A DNA stretch of 64,000 nucleotides from a bacterium CG_4_9_14_3_um_filter_65_15 (GCA_002790835.1 PFVX01000059.1:723-64722); one strand, 5' to 3'; shown: positions 49,133 through 59,200, counted from the first letter of the stretch. Numbers and translations: made by a program. Notes: generated by a model from the letters alone, not told the origin.

Positions 49133-50090
49133 CACCGACCTCCCGGCCGGTCGAATCTGGCGCTGAAGTCCGCGGCAGCGGTGGGTTGCCGACGATGACC
49201 TGGAACCGAGTCGGTACGATACCCAGCAATTGCAGCCAGGGCGGATAGGCAACCTGTCCGGGCAGGGAATAGATTCCCTCCGGCCGGTCACCCACGGGAA
49301 TCGTCACCAGCAGTCGTTCCCCGGTCAAAGTGGCCACCGAATCGGCGACCCCCCTGACCTTCACATCGGCAACCGGAGGAGAAACACCGGCCTCCGGCCG
49401 GCCGGCATCCACCAGGGCGATGACCGGAACATTGGCCAGGGTGCGTTCCCGCAACGGGCCGATCTTCAAGGTCACCCGGACATGATCCGGTTCCAGATGC
49501 AGGAGTTCCTGATCGAGGCGCAGGGCAAGGTCCCGCTCCTGGGAAGCCGTCACACGGGACATATCCATCGGCTCGGTCCGGACCATGGGGATGGGGGCCA
49601 AAAAGCGCTCGGGGCCGATGAGGGTCACGGAATCGGGAGTGGCCCTGGCCGGCGTCACCAAACCCTTGTCGCGGGGCAAGGAGCCGGACAGTTCCAGTCT
49701 GACGGGCACGCGCAGGGTGTCCTGTCTGTCGATGTGGACGCGGACGGTGGTCGGCGGAAACACGGTGGCCGAAGTCAAGCTCGTGAATATGTCCCCCGAA
49801 TCGACCGCAAGGGCAAAGGCGGGACCGGCGTCGCGGCCGGACAGATCCAGCCGCACCTCGCCGACGAAATGATTGAAGAACTTGTGCCGCAGAAGATTCA
49901 GTTTGCTTCCGGTGACCCGCACCCGAACCTCTGCAGGCAGGTTGCTGCCTGCGTAGGTCAAACCGGACGCCAGTCCGGTCACGCGCAGGGGCAGGTTGAT
50001 GTCCTGCTCAACAGGTGAGGTGGCTGCCACCTGCATCCAGATGATCAGGGCGGCCACCAGGCAGCTGATCTTCAACCCCAGCCGGTTCAT
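49125..50090 (-). CDS. CdaR/YbbR-like protein
   Basis: KISCLVAALIIW N-terminal anchor and repeated YbbR-like modules (V.V.V.GS, PDSVTLIGP, P.V.DVKVRG). Confidence 0.8.
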   Translation of the reverse strand: MNRLGLKISCLVAALIIWMQVAATSPVEQDINLPLRVTGLASGLTYAGSNLPAEVRVRVTGSKLNLLRHKFFNHFVGEVRLDLSGRDAGPAFALAVDSGDIFTSLTSATVFPPTTVRVHIDRQDTLRVPVRLELSGSLPRDKGLVTPARATPDSVTLIGPERFLAPIPMVRTEPMDMSRVTASQERDLALRLDQELLHLEPDHVRVTLKIGPLRERTLANVPVIALVDAGRPEAGVSPPVADVKVRGVADSVATLTGERLLVTIPVGDRPEGIYSLPGQVAYPPWLQLLGIVPTRFQVIVGNPPLPRTSAPDSTGREVGGD

Positions 50091-50215
50091 GGCTCTCCAG
50101 GATTCGACATGGCAAGACAATGGACTTTCGCGGCGGCACCGGTAACGGACAGGCGCAAGTTACCATAGGCCCGCAGCCGTTGTCACGGCAAAGCAGCACG
50201 AGAGGCAAAACGGAC

Positions 50216-51142
50216 TCAACTGCGGGGAGTGTGTCGATCCAGGACATAGACCGCAGGATTCAGCGGCCTGCTGTCCTGACGCACTTCGTAATGGATATGG
50301 GGTGCCGAAGAACGACCCGTGTTACCCGACTTGGCGATGACCTCCCAGCGCTGGACCCGATCCCCTTTGCGGACCATGGCCTTGTCGAGATGGGCATACA
50401 CCGTCATCAGACCGTTCCCGTGGTCGACCTTGACCACACGACCGTAGCCTCGCTGCTGCTGCACGGCCGTCACGATCCCGTCGGCGGTCACGTGGACCGG
50501 GGTTCCCACAGGCACCACGAAATCCAGGCCCTTGTGGAAAGCCTGGCGACCGGTAAACGGGTCCTCCCGGAATCCGAACCGCGAACTGATCCAGCCGATG
50601 TCGGTGGGTCCGATCGAGGGAATGTGATCACGAACCGTTTGGCGCACGGCCAGGGTATCAAGCATGGCCTGGTACCCCTGGCGTTGGATGCGGACCTGAC
50701 GCAACATCAGGTCGAGGTCCCCGCCGGTGCCCCCCGGAAGCTCCTCCAGGTTTCCGCCCATGGTCCCCAACAGGGGTTGTGGCCCACGCCCCCCAACACC
50801 TGCGGCGAAGGTCTCATCCTCGAGGGGAGGAAGATCCAAGGCCGAGGCCATCCGGTCCTGCAAGGTCCGCACGGCGTCGATCTGTCCACGCAGATCGCCG
50901 ACCCGACTCTCCATCGTCACCAGGGTCCGCTCCAGGGCCAAGTTCTGCCGAGCCAGGGGACCACCGCCCGGCCACCAGTAGGCTCCGCTGGAGAGGCCAA
51001 ACCCTGTCATGACGACCAACAGGAAGAACACGGACAGCCCACCAAGCACACCGAGCACGGCCCAGCGCGAAACCCGGAAAGCGCGACTGGGCGCGTCATC
51101 CTCGGGCATGTAGATGAAGGTGTAGCTTTTCTTGAGTTTCAT
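50216..51142 (-). CDS. M23 family peptidoglycan endopeptidase with TM and coiled coil
   Basis: SSRFGFREDPF, HKGLDF (HxxxD), VYAHL, SSAPHIHYEV (HxH). Confidence 0.93.
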   Translation of the reverse strand: MKLKKSYTFIYMPEDDAPSRAFRVSRWAVLGVLGGLSVFFLLVVMTGFGLSSGAYWWPGGGPLARQNLALERTLVTMESRVGDLRGQIDAVRTLQDRMASALDLPPLEDETFAAGVGGRGPQPLLGTMGGNLEELPGGTGGDLDLMLRQVRIQRQGYQAMLDTLAVRQTVRDHIPSIGPTDIGWISSRFGFREDPFTGRQAFHKGLDFVVPVGTPVHVTADGIVTAVQQQRGYGRVVKVDHGNGLMTVYAHLDKAMVRKGDRVQRWEVIAKSGNTGRSSAPHIHYEVRQDSRPLNPAVYVLDRHTPRS

Positions 51143-51265
51143 ATTCCCTGTAATGCGGACATCCTGCAGGGATCATCCCCGGGGCTGATGTGATTGTTTC
51201 TCTCCAAAAACTGGACTGTGGTCGACGCTCTGTCAACCGGCAACAACTTTTGGCGCCAAACCAAG

Positions 51266-51292
51266 GGGATCCGGCCCGGTGGGCCGGATCCC
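51266..51292 (-). terminator. Strong hairpin after the sigma factor gene (probable terminator or stability element)
   Basis: Perfect 12-bp stem GGGATCCGGCCC/GGGCCGGATCCC; only an interrupted U-tract follows on the minus strand. Confidence 0.5.
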
Positions 51293-51346
51293 GAAATGGA
51301 CTGCCACCCCATAACCCTTCAGCAAGAGATGGGCCAGGCAATCGGG

Positions 51347-52198
51347 TCAATAGTAGTCCAGCAGCATTTGCCGTTGGCCGGAATGACGCAACTTGGCCAG
51401 GGCCTTTTCCTTGATCTGCCTGATGCGCTCGCGGGTCAATCCGAGACGCTCCCCAATGACCTGCAGAGTTTGGGCATCTTCAAAGCTCAAGCCGAAGTAC
51501 ATGATGATAATTTGGCGTTCCCGATCACTCAGGGATGCCAGACATTTGCTCACGTCCTCCCGCAGCCCCCGCTCAAGGACGGCAACATCAGGAGCCGGCT
51601 GGCTCTCGTCGGGCAAAACCTCGGTCAAGGGACGGTCTCCCTGGTCACCCGAATCATCGAGGGCCAACTGGGTGCGATCCGAGCGCAGGGCATGCACCAC
51701 ATCGGCCTCAGCCAGATCCAGGCGCTCGGCGATCTGCCCCGGATCGGGATGAGGAACCCCCTCGCGTTGCAGAACGGCCCGCGTCCTGCTGATCTTGATC
51801 AGCAAGGCGGTCTGATTCTGCGGCAAGCGGATGGTCCGGGACTTGTCCAACAGGGCCTGCATGATGGATTGCCGGATCCACCAGACCGCATAGGAAATGA
51901 ACCGGTAGCCCCGCTTCTCGTCGAAACGGTCCGCGGCCTTGAGCAGGCCCAGGTTGCCCTCGTTGATGAGGTCGGAAAGCATCAACCCCTGATTGATGTA
52001 TCGTTTGGCCACCGACACCACGAAGCGCAGGTTGGCCCTGACAAGGATCTGCAAGGCTTCCTCGTCGCCAGCCCGAATCCGGCGGGCGAGTTCGACTTCC
52101 TGCTCCCGAGTCAACAGGTCGTATCGGTTGATGTCACGAAAATAGACTTCCAGCCCCTTCTCGTGCATCGCGGGCAGAAACTGCCTCTTGCCGGCCAT
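51347..52198 (-). CDS. RNA polymerase sigma70 factor, RpoD/RpoS family, lacking region 1.1
   Basis: ANLRFVVSVAKRY, DLINEGNLGL, RFISYAVWWIRQ, TL..IG..LGLTRERIRQIKEKAL; RBS AGGAGG. Confidence 0.93.
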   Translation of the reverse strand: MAGKRQFLPAMHEKGLEVYFRDINRYDLLTREQEVELARRIRAGDEEALQILVRANLRFVVSVAKRYINQGLMLSDLINEGNLGLLKAADRFDEKRGYRFISYAVWWIRQSIMQALLDKSRTIRLPQNQTALLIKISRTRAVLQREGVPHPDPGQIAERLDLAEADVVHALRSDRTQLALDDSGDQGDRPLTEVLPDESQPAPDVAVLERGLREDVSKCLASLSDRERQIIIMYFGLSFEDAQTLQVIGERLGLTRERIRQIKEKALAKLRHSGQRQMLLDYY

Positions 52199-52323
52199 AG
52201 GATTCCTCCTTGGCTCGTGGGGTTTTCCGCTCCCAGGAGGAGCGGATGCGCGGTTTCCCGGGCGTGATCCCGACCAGGGCGAGCCGGCCAGGATCAGGTT
52301 GGCGGGTAGGTCTCCCGCCGCTC

Positions 52324-53820
52324 TCAGTTCTCCACGCCCTCTGGACGCGGCAGAACCGATACGTAATTCTCCGCCGACCCGGTTCGTACCAGGAGCGTGA
52401 CCGGATCGGTCCGCGGGCGAAGCAAATCGCGAATATTCCGATAGGTATCCAGGTCGGTGACGTCACGTCCATTGACGGATATCACGACGTCTCCCGGTCG
52501 GACGCCCTCTTTTCGGGCCGGGGAGTCATCCTCCACCGCCACGACCATCACCCCGTCCACCGCCGAAATACCCAGGGCTTCCTTGAGCATCATGACCCGT
52601 GGGCCGGCCTCGGCGATGGCGGCAACCTCCAGGCCCAACCAGAAATGGGTCTCCGCCGCTTCCTCCGGGAGCTCTTCCCGCCACCGGGAAGGGGTGACCG
52701 TGAGAGCCGATTGCCCTCCCGCACGCACCACGGATATCGCTGCCGGCTGGCCCGGCTTGGCGGCGGCCACCAGAAACTGGAGTTGGCGCCGCGAGTTGAC
52801 CTCGTGCCCCCCGAATTCCGTCACGATATCGCCGGGTTGCAGGCCGGCGGCGGCGGCCGGCCCTCCGGGAACCAGGGACAAGATGCGGGCACCCGGGGTC
52901 GATTCCTCGCGGCCGTCCCGTCCGACCATCGCAAAGACATCCTCTGTCTTGATGCCGAGATAACCCCGCACGACCTCTCCGCGCTCCCGAAGCTGGCGAT
53001 ACACCTGTTGAACCAGCAGGCTGGGAACCGCGAAACCGATGCCGCGCCCTTCCTTGTTGATGGCCGTGTTCACGCCCATCACCCTGCCGGAGACATCCAC
53101 CAGGGGCCCGCCGCTGTTGCCGAAATTGATGGACGCGTCGGTTTGGATAAAATCCTGGTACCGCGGGGATTGCCCCCCGATCACCAGATCTCCCCGCCCC
53201 TTGGCGCTCACCACTCCCACCGTCAGGGTGCTTTCCAGGGTTCCGAAGGGATTTCCCACCGCGATTGCATAATCCCCCACTGCAAACGCCTCGGAATCGC
53301 CGAATTCCAGCGCAGGCAACTTGCGCTCGCCCGGATTGATTTTCAAGAGAGCCAGGTCGGTGTTGACATCAGTGCCCACGACTTCGGACTCGTACTCCCG
53401 GTGCTCCCCCGCGAAGCGGACAAACACGGCTTCCGATTCGGCGATCACGTGGTAATTTGTCAAGATGAAACCTGCGGGATCCACCACGAAGCCCGACCCC
53501 GTGCTGGGCATCTCGAATTTTCCGCCCTGGCCTTCCTGGTCCGGAAAGAAACGCCGAAACATATCCTGAAGAGGGCCCGTCCCCACACCATGGTCGGTCA
53601 CCGACCGGGTGCAGCGGATGCTCACCACGGCCGGCCGCACAATCGCCGCCGTTTCGACAAAGGGGGAAGGAGTGGCTGCCCTCACCGGCCCGACGACGAA
53701 CATCAGGCCCAGAAAGACAAAAACGAGCGCACTCAACCCAAGGGCAGACTCTGTGGTCCGCACTCCTGGGGCACCAATCGCGCCCGATTCATTGATAGAA
53801 CGCCGCTTCACCTTCACCAT
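52324..53820 (-). CDS. HtrA/DegP family serine protease with two PDZ domains
   Basis: STGSGF, TNYHV (His), TDLALLK (Asp), FIQTDASINFGNSGGPL (Ser), two PDZ modules. Confidence 0.95.
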   Translation of the reverse strand: MVKVKRRSINESGAIGAPGVRTTESALGLSALVFVFLGLMFVVGPVRAATPSPFVETAAIVRPAVVSIRCTRSVTDHGVGTGPLQDMFRRFFPDQEGQGGKFEMPSTGSGFVVDPAGFILTNYHVIAESEAVFVRFAGEHREYESEVVGTDVNTDLALLKINPGERKLPALEFGDSEAFAVGDYAIAVGNPFGTLESTLTVGVVSAKGRGDLVIGGQSPRYQDFIQTDASINFGNSGGPLVDVSGRVMGVNTAINKEGRGIGFAVPSLLVQQVYRQLRERGEVVRGYLGIKTEDVFAMVGRDGREESTPGARILSLVPGGPAAAAGLQPGDIVTEFGGHEVNSRRQLQFLVAAAKPGQPAAISVVRAGGQSALTVTPSRWREELPEEAAETHFWLGLEVAAIAEAGPRVMMLKEALGISAVDGVMVVAVEDDSPARKEGVRPGDVVISVNGRDVTDLDTYRNIRDLLRPRTDPVTLLVRTGSAENYVSVLPRPEGVEN

Positions 53821-53904
53821 CCTTGATCAGCAGTCAGGTGAAGGGCGACTGGGGGCCGAGTTTCCGTGGGGACAGAAACCACAGCCTGACAGAGAACTAT
53901 CGAT

Positions 53905-53933
53905 ACCGTACAACCGATATCCGATACTGTCAA
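53905..53933 (-). promoter_or_regulatory. Sigma70-type promoter (TTGACA-N17-TACGGT) upstream of htrA/degP
   Basis: Hexamers read directly; the -35 overlaps the upstream stop codon and is preceded by CCGG. Confidence 0.65.
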
Positions 53934-54388
53934 CCGGAATTATCCCGATTCATATCATCCTCAATACCCTCACCCGCCTCGGTCAATTCCACCGGCGTCG
54001 CCTCGACTGGGGCCGGATCATGGGCATGCGCGGGAGCAGCTTGGTCCTGCAGATCATCAACCGTGGCTGCCCGGTCCCGGTGCTGGCGGGCCCCGTGCTG
54101 GCTCCGGATCTCGCCGATCTCCTCCTCCTTGGCCTGCAACTCCTTCTCGAGGGCATTCAGCCTCTCCACGATGGCCGTCACACCGGGATCTCCCAGGGTC
54201 GCTGTCCGCCCCTCCTCCAGAGCCGTGTAGACCAAGTTCCCCAGCTCACTGAACTGACGCTCGATATCGCGACTGATACCGAACTTGTCATAGCGCAGCG
54301 AGGTCACCTTGGCCACTTCGACCGTTTTGTCGGTGGTCACGGTGTACCACTCCATCAGGTTCCTTTTGACATCGTCCCACATGGGCAT
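53930..54388 (-). CDS. Hypothetical coiled-coil protein
   Basis: RBS AAGGAGG; heptad pattern (IERQFSELGNLVY...LEKELQAKEEEI) and a low-complexity acidic tail. Confidence 0.75.
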   Translation of the reverse strand: MPMWDDVKRNLMEWYTVTTDKTVEVAKVTSLRYDKFGISRDIERQFSELGNLVYTALEEGRTATLGDPGVTAIVERLNALEKELQAKEEEIGEIRSQHGARQHRDRAATVDDLQDQAAPAHAHDPAPVEATPVELTEAGEGIEDDMNRDNSG

Positions 54389-54417
54389 AGCGTCCTCCTT
54401 CGGACAGGGGTTTGGAG

Positions 54418-54445
54418 TTGCCCGCTACCGGATCTGGCTTACAAT
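54418..54445 (+). promoter_or_regulatory. Sigma70-type promoter (TTGCCC-N16-TACAAT) for lpxH
   Basis: Hexamers in the divergent gap; the -10 ends 8 nt before the ATG. Confidence 0.5.
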
Positions 54446-54453
54446 GGGTTCCC

Positions 54454-55245
54454 ATGAGCGCCAAACGACAACCCACGGCCGTCATCCTGGCCGACGCCCA
54501 TTTCCACCTTCGACCTGATGCCGCCGAGAGCCGGCGCATCGAGCGATTCCTGGAGCTGCTCGAGGCCATCCACGGCGTGGACCATCTGATCCTGCTCGGT
54601 GATATCTTCGACTTCTGGTTCGACTATCCGCATTTCCGTCTCGACGGCTACGATGAGATCCTCCAGGGCCTGGACGGGGTCCGAGCCTCCGGAACCACTG
54701 TCCATTTTGTCGGGGGCAACCACGACATCTGGGCGGCCGGTTACCTCCATCGGCGCTTCGGCAGTGAGCCCGACGGCATGCCGTTGGATCTCCAACTGGG
54801 GGATCTGCGGGTCCGTTTCGATCACGGTGACGGCCTGCTCAGCCACGATTGGCTCTATCAAACCTTCCGGACCATTGTCCGCACGCGGGCCGGAATCCTC
54901 CTGGCCAAGTCCCTGCACCCCGAGATCCTGTTCGCCCTCAGCACCTGGCTCAGCGGCCACAGCCGCAACGCCTCGCGGGACGAGGGTCGGGAAATCGAAG
55001 CCAAGGCCTCCGCCTGGCTCGGCCGCCAGCAGGACGCCCCCTGGGACCTCATCGTCATCGGGCACGTCCACCACCGTTTCACGACCACCGTCCAGGGGCG
55101 GACCATGGCCGCCCCCACGGGCTGGTTCAACCGCCTGGACCTGGGCGTAATCCAGGACGGAAAATTCGCCCTGCTCGATTTCGACCAGGACACCCTGCCG
55201 GATTTCGGATCCCGCGAAACGACCCTACCAGGTCATTCCCAATGA
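54454..55245 (+). CDS. lpxH: UDP-2,3-diacylglucosamine hydrolase-like metallophosphoesterase
   Basis: ADAHF, LGDIFDFW, GGNHD, HGDG, GHVH motifs; the only plus-strand gene; overlaps the porV 3' end by 21 bp. Confidence 0.8.
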   Translation: MSAKRQPTAVILADAHFHLRPDAAESRRIERFLELLEAIHGVDHLILLGDIFDFWFDYPHFRLDGYDEILQGLDGVRASGTTVHFVGGNHDIWAAGYLHRRFGSEPDGMPLDLQLGDLRVRFDHGDGLLSHDWLYQTFRTIVRTRAGILLAKSLHPEILFALSTWLSGHSRNASRDEGREIEAKASAWLGRQQDAPWDLIVIGHVHHRFTTTVQGRTMAAPTGWFNRLDLGVIQDGKFALLDFDQDTLPDFGSRETTLPGHSQ

Positions 55246-56163
55246 GATCTTGTTCCCGTCCTCGAAGCCCTCGGTGGTCATGTCCTCGTACGCATAATCC
55301 AACCGCAGGTTCCTCAAACGGAAGCCCACTCCCGCGGTGATCCCCTGGGATTCGTAGTTGATGCGCGACCCCAACCGCAGGGCCAGCTCGGGAATGAGGT
55401 GCAGCTCGGTACCGACATGCGCCTTTGCCGTGGTGTCATTGGGCATGAAGAGTTCGCCCGCCAAAGTGAGTTTCCCCTGAAAAACCCGGGCCACCGGAAC
55501 GTAGGCGGCGCCAATCCGCACGGCCGTCGGCAAATCGAAAGGCTCATCCCGCAGGTTCATCTGGCCGCCGATATTGGTGGCCGAAGCGGCGAAGACCAGC
55601 CCCTCGATCAAGGCCTGGTGCGTGAGGAAGAAATCGAAGGCGAAGCCGCTGTCGTTGTAGAAGTCGATCTTCTCGTAAATCATCTTCGCACCGATGCCGA
55701 ACGCAAAGCGATCTCCCAAGGGGTGGGCATAGGATACTCCCAGGGCCACATCGTAAGGCTTGAAGGTCCCCTCGAAAACATCGACACCCGATTCCAGGGT
55801 CTTGCGATCGATCTCGTCCGAGTAGAATCCCATGAATGTCACGCCCAGAACGCCCTCACCGACCCGATGAGCCACCCCCGCGGCTTCCTGGCTGAACAGC
55901 CCGAGGTATCGGTCGTGCTGCAGGACCAGCTCCGTTTCGAAATCGGCAAATACGTTGTTGGCGGGATTCCAGAAGAGAGCCGTCCCGCCGCTGCTGGAGG
56001 CAACTCCCGTCTCCCCCATGCCGGCCTCTCGCGCGCCGACACCCATCCTCAGGGAAAGCAACCCCGCATCACCAGGGTTGCCGGCCAAGGCAGGCAACGC
56101 AATTGTGATCAGGGTCAAAACCAGGAACAACCCGAGGGTGGCCGACAACCGATTGCGATTCAT
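55225..56163 (-). CDS. PorV/PorQ family outer-membrane beta-barrel
   Basis: Signal peptide; LSLRMGVGAREAGMGE...ALFWNPA signature; barrel strands; C-terminal Trp (ISLGMTW). Confidence 0.85.
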   Translation of the reverse strand: MNRNRLSATLGLFLVLTLITIALPALAGNPGDAGLLSLRMGVGAREAGMGETGVASSSGGTALFWNPANNVFADFETELVLQHDRYLGLFSQEAAGVAHRVGEGVLGVTFMGFYSDEIDRKTLESGVDVFEGTFKPYDVALGVSYAHPLGDRFAFGIGAKMIYEKIDFYNDSGFAFDFFLTHQALIEGLVFAASATNIGGQMNLRDEPFDLPTAVRIGAAYVPVARVFQGKLTLAGELFMPNDTTAKAHVGTELHLIPELALRLGSRINYESQGITAGVGFRLRNLRLDYAYEDMTTEGFEDGNKISLGMTW

Positions 56164-56201
56164 GGGATCCCTTTCCGCGCGCGCCTCACTGGGCGCCGTT
56201 T

Positions 56202-59200
56202 CTATCTCACGACTGTGAATGATACGACACTGTGGGTGGTTTCGCCTCCGGCATCGACGACCAGCCTGCTGATATACATGCCGGTCGCCACACCGTCGAG
56301 CGGGACGATCAGGGTGAAGGGATCGCCACTCACCACGTCATTCCAGGCGGTGGTGGTGACCAACTCACCTTCAAGGTTGTAGATGAACGCCCGAGCCCGG
56401 CCCGGCGAACGGGCTTCCCCGCGGACATACAGGGGTCCCTCGCCCAGGGGGTTGGGGTAAAACGTATGGCTGCCGAGAACCATACCGGAACCGATCGAGC
56501 CGGGGCTCTGAACGATCCAGGCTTCGGCGTCGTAATCCCCGTTGCGCCAGATACCGCCGCCGGACATGGGCCAGGCGGCCGTTTCCGCAGCGACATCCCG
56601 CCACATCATGACCGTGCTGGAGTAATCTCCGTCCAGGCTCACCCCGTCCGCGCCGGGTTCGGTAATACGCAGGAAGGAACCCGCCGCCACAAGGTCCAGC
56701 TCCCCATCCCCAACCAGGTCTCCCAAGGCAGGCGTAACCGCTCCGGTTCCGGGTCCGGACACGGGCCAACCTTGGATTTCCTCACCCCGTTCCTTCAGCG
56801 CGATAAGGCTACCGTCCTCCAGCGGGAAGATGGTCTGGGGCCGGGAGGAATCCACTCCCCTCAACCAGGCGACCAGGGGGCCTCCACCGCCCACACCGGT
56901 GCCCATATCGCGCGGGCGGCGTGGCCAGCCATCGGACCAGTCGCCTCCGTGCCCGATTCCACCCAGCAAATCCGGTCCCACAAAGTACCCGCCGGGCGCC
57001 ATGGCCGATTGGACCGTTACCGCGGGGCCCCACTCATGGATCGACCCCACCTTCACCATGGCGGCATTGAAGAACAGGGTTGCACCGGAACCGTCCCGCC
57101 CAGCCACCTGGACGAAACGCAATTCCTCCTCGCCCTCCTTCTGCGCCAGGCCCCAGGTTAGCGGCCATGGGCCCGGAATTACCGGCAAGGCAATACTCCC
57201 CCGCAGGGGTGCATCATTCGGGGCGTCCCGGTCGTAGGCCACCAGTTCAAGAGAGGATTCGCCGGTCAAGCTGTCGTGGAGCGCGCAGAGAAACCACTGC
57301 CCGAAAGCCAGGGTCGGTGGGGCGCCGACCGCGCCCGGTCCCAGTCCGACGGCAGGGAAAAACCCCGGCTGGCCCGAGGCGAACCCATCAAGCCAGGCAT
57401 GCCCGTTGTCCTCGTAGATCACGAAGGCCGCCACCGAAACGTCTTCCCGTGCCGGACCGAGTGGGTCACCGAGAGACGCCAGGATCGGAGGCACCCGACA
57501 AGTGGGCAAATCGGCCCAGAGCCCAAATCCGTCGCCTCCAGATACCAACGGCTGGCCGGTACCGTCGAAAGCATACAGCCCGTGGGGACCGGTCAGCACG
57601 ATCTCCGGCTTCGCATCGCCATCCAGATCACCCAGAGCAACAGGGAGATTCCAGTTCACCGCGGAGCCGTCTCGAGTCGAAACCAGCAGGGGTTCCACCG
57701 TCGCGGAGTCTCCATCGGCATCAAAATATTCCCGCAGGTTCCCGTCAAGGGCATAGACCTCCCCGGCATGACCGGCCAGGATGATCTCCGCCGGTGTTCC
57801 GCCTCCGTCCAGATCCCCGACCAGGACGTGACTGCCGCGCAGATCCACACCGGGCAAGGTCCGCTGCCGCGAGAACATGGGGCCTTGAGCGGCTTCCCCG
57901 ACCGACCCCACCGAGAACCTAATGGTGTCGGCGAAAGCGATTCCCCACAGGGTGTCGCCTTCTACGACCCCGAGGAAAACACCCTGTGAATCAGCAACCA
58001 CGTTGCTGAAATCCCTCAAGACGATTCCCGTGTAGGCGCCGGCTGCCGATTCGGTCCCCGGTCTGGTATAGGGGCCGAATTCGTGGTTGTCTTCACCCCG
58101 GAACGAGTCGTCGTCACCACCGTAGGTGTAGTCCGAAGGGATGGGCGAATCCAGGTCCTGGATGCCGTCGGCCTCCTCCAGGTCCACCGCCTTGTGCAGA
58201 GGGTCGGAGTTGAAGAGATTATCCTCCGCGTCGTACACAGCCCGGATCAATCCCTCGTCGACGTGCCAGATGTAGACACCACTCCCCGCTGCCGTCACAC
58301 CGCCGGGCCGGCCGGTGTTGGCGCTCATGGCAAAATCCCACTCGGCCCCCGCCAACGACTCGAGGGTGTCGGCCTGTGGGTCGTAAACCCCCGTCGGCCA
58401 ACCATTCCCGTAATCGGAGTTCGCATCGTAAAAGTCCGGGATTCCATCGTGGTTGAGGTCGCCCGGAAACGAAAACATCCCATTCCCGTCAGGGTCCTGG
58501 AGGCGATACTCCAGCAGCCAGTATTCCTGCCCGTTGATGTCCACCCGGGCAGACGCGGTCTCGGCAGAGGGGTTTTCCGCCGGGGTCAGGGCATAGGTGC
58601 CCGCAGCATGGGGATCCACCACCTGGGGATCCAACCAGCCGACCAGGTACTTGTTGAAAGCACAGGGTTCAGGGGGAATGAGGCCTGCTCCGGAGTAGAG
58701 TCCATACCCCATCAGCCCGAAAATCCCGATTCCCTGACTGTCGACATTCCCGGCCGGAGTAAAATCGGTCAACGAGAGCATGCCCAGCCGCAAACCCACC
58801 TCGAAACAATAGACGCCCAGGCTGCCCAAACGACCGAAGGGCTCCTGGTACTCGGTCTCAGGAAGAATCAACACCCGGTCGATCCCTGCGGCGCCCCCGA
58901 AGTCGTCCCCCGCCAACCATGGACTCTCCAGGATCGTATCCTGCACGGCGGAGGCGAAATCCCTCGGCCCCAGATACGTGCTGAAAATCTGTTCGGGATT
59001 AAGGCCATAGAAATCGGTCTCCCCACCGGCCCCGGCGTGGATCAGGATCAGGGTGTCGAAACCGCTGAAATCAACGACCGGGTCCAACGCCGCCACCACG
59101 TCCCGCGCCAGGGCAATCGACTGTTCGCCATATTGGGGGTGGTTTCCGTAGAATCCCATCGGGTGCTCCAGATTCACGACACCCGGAGCAATGGTGAAAT

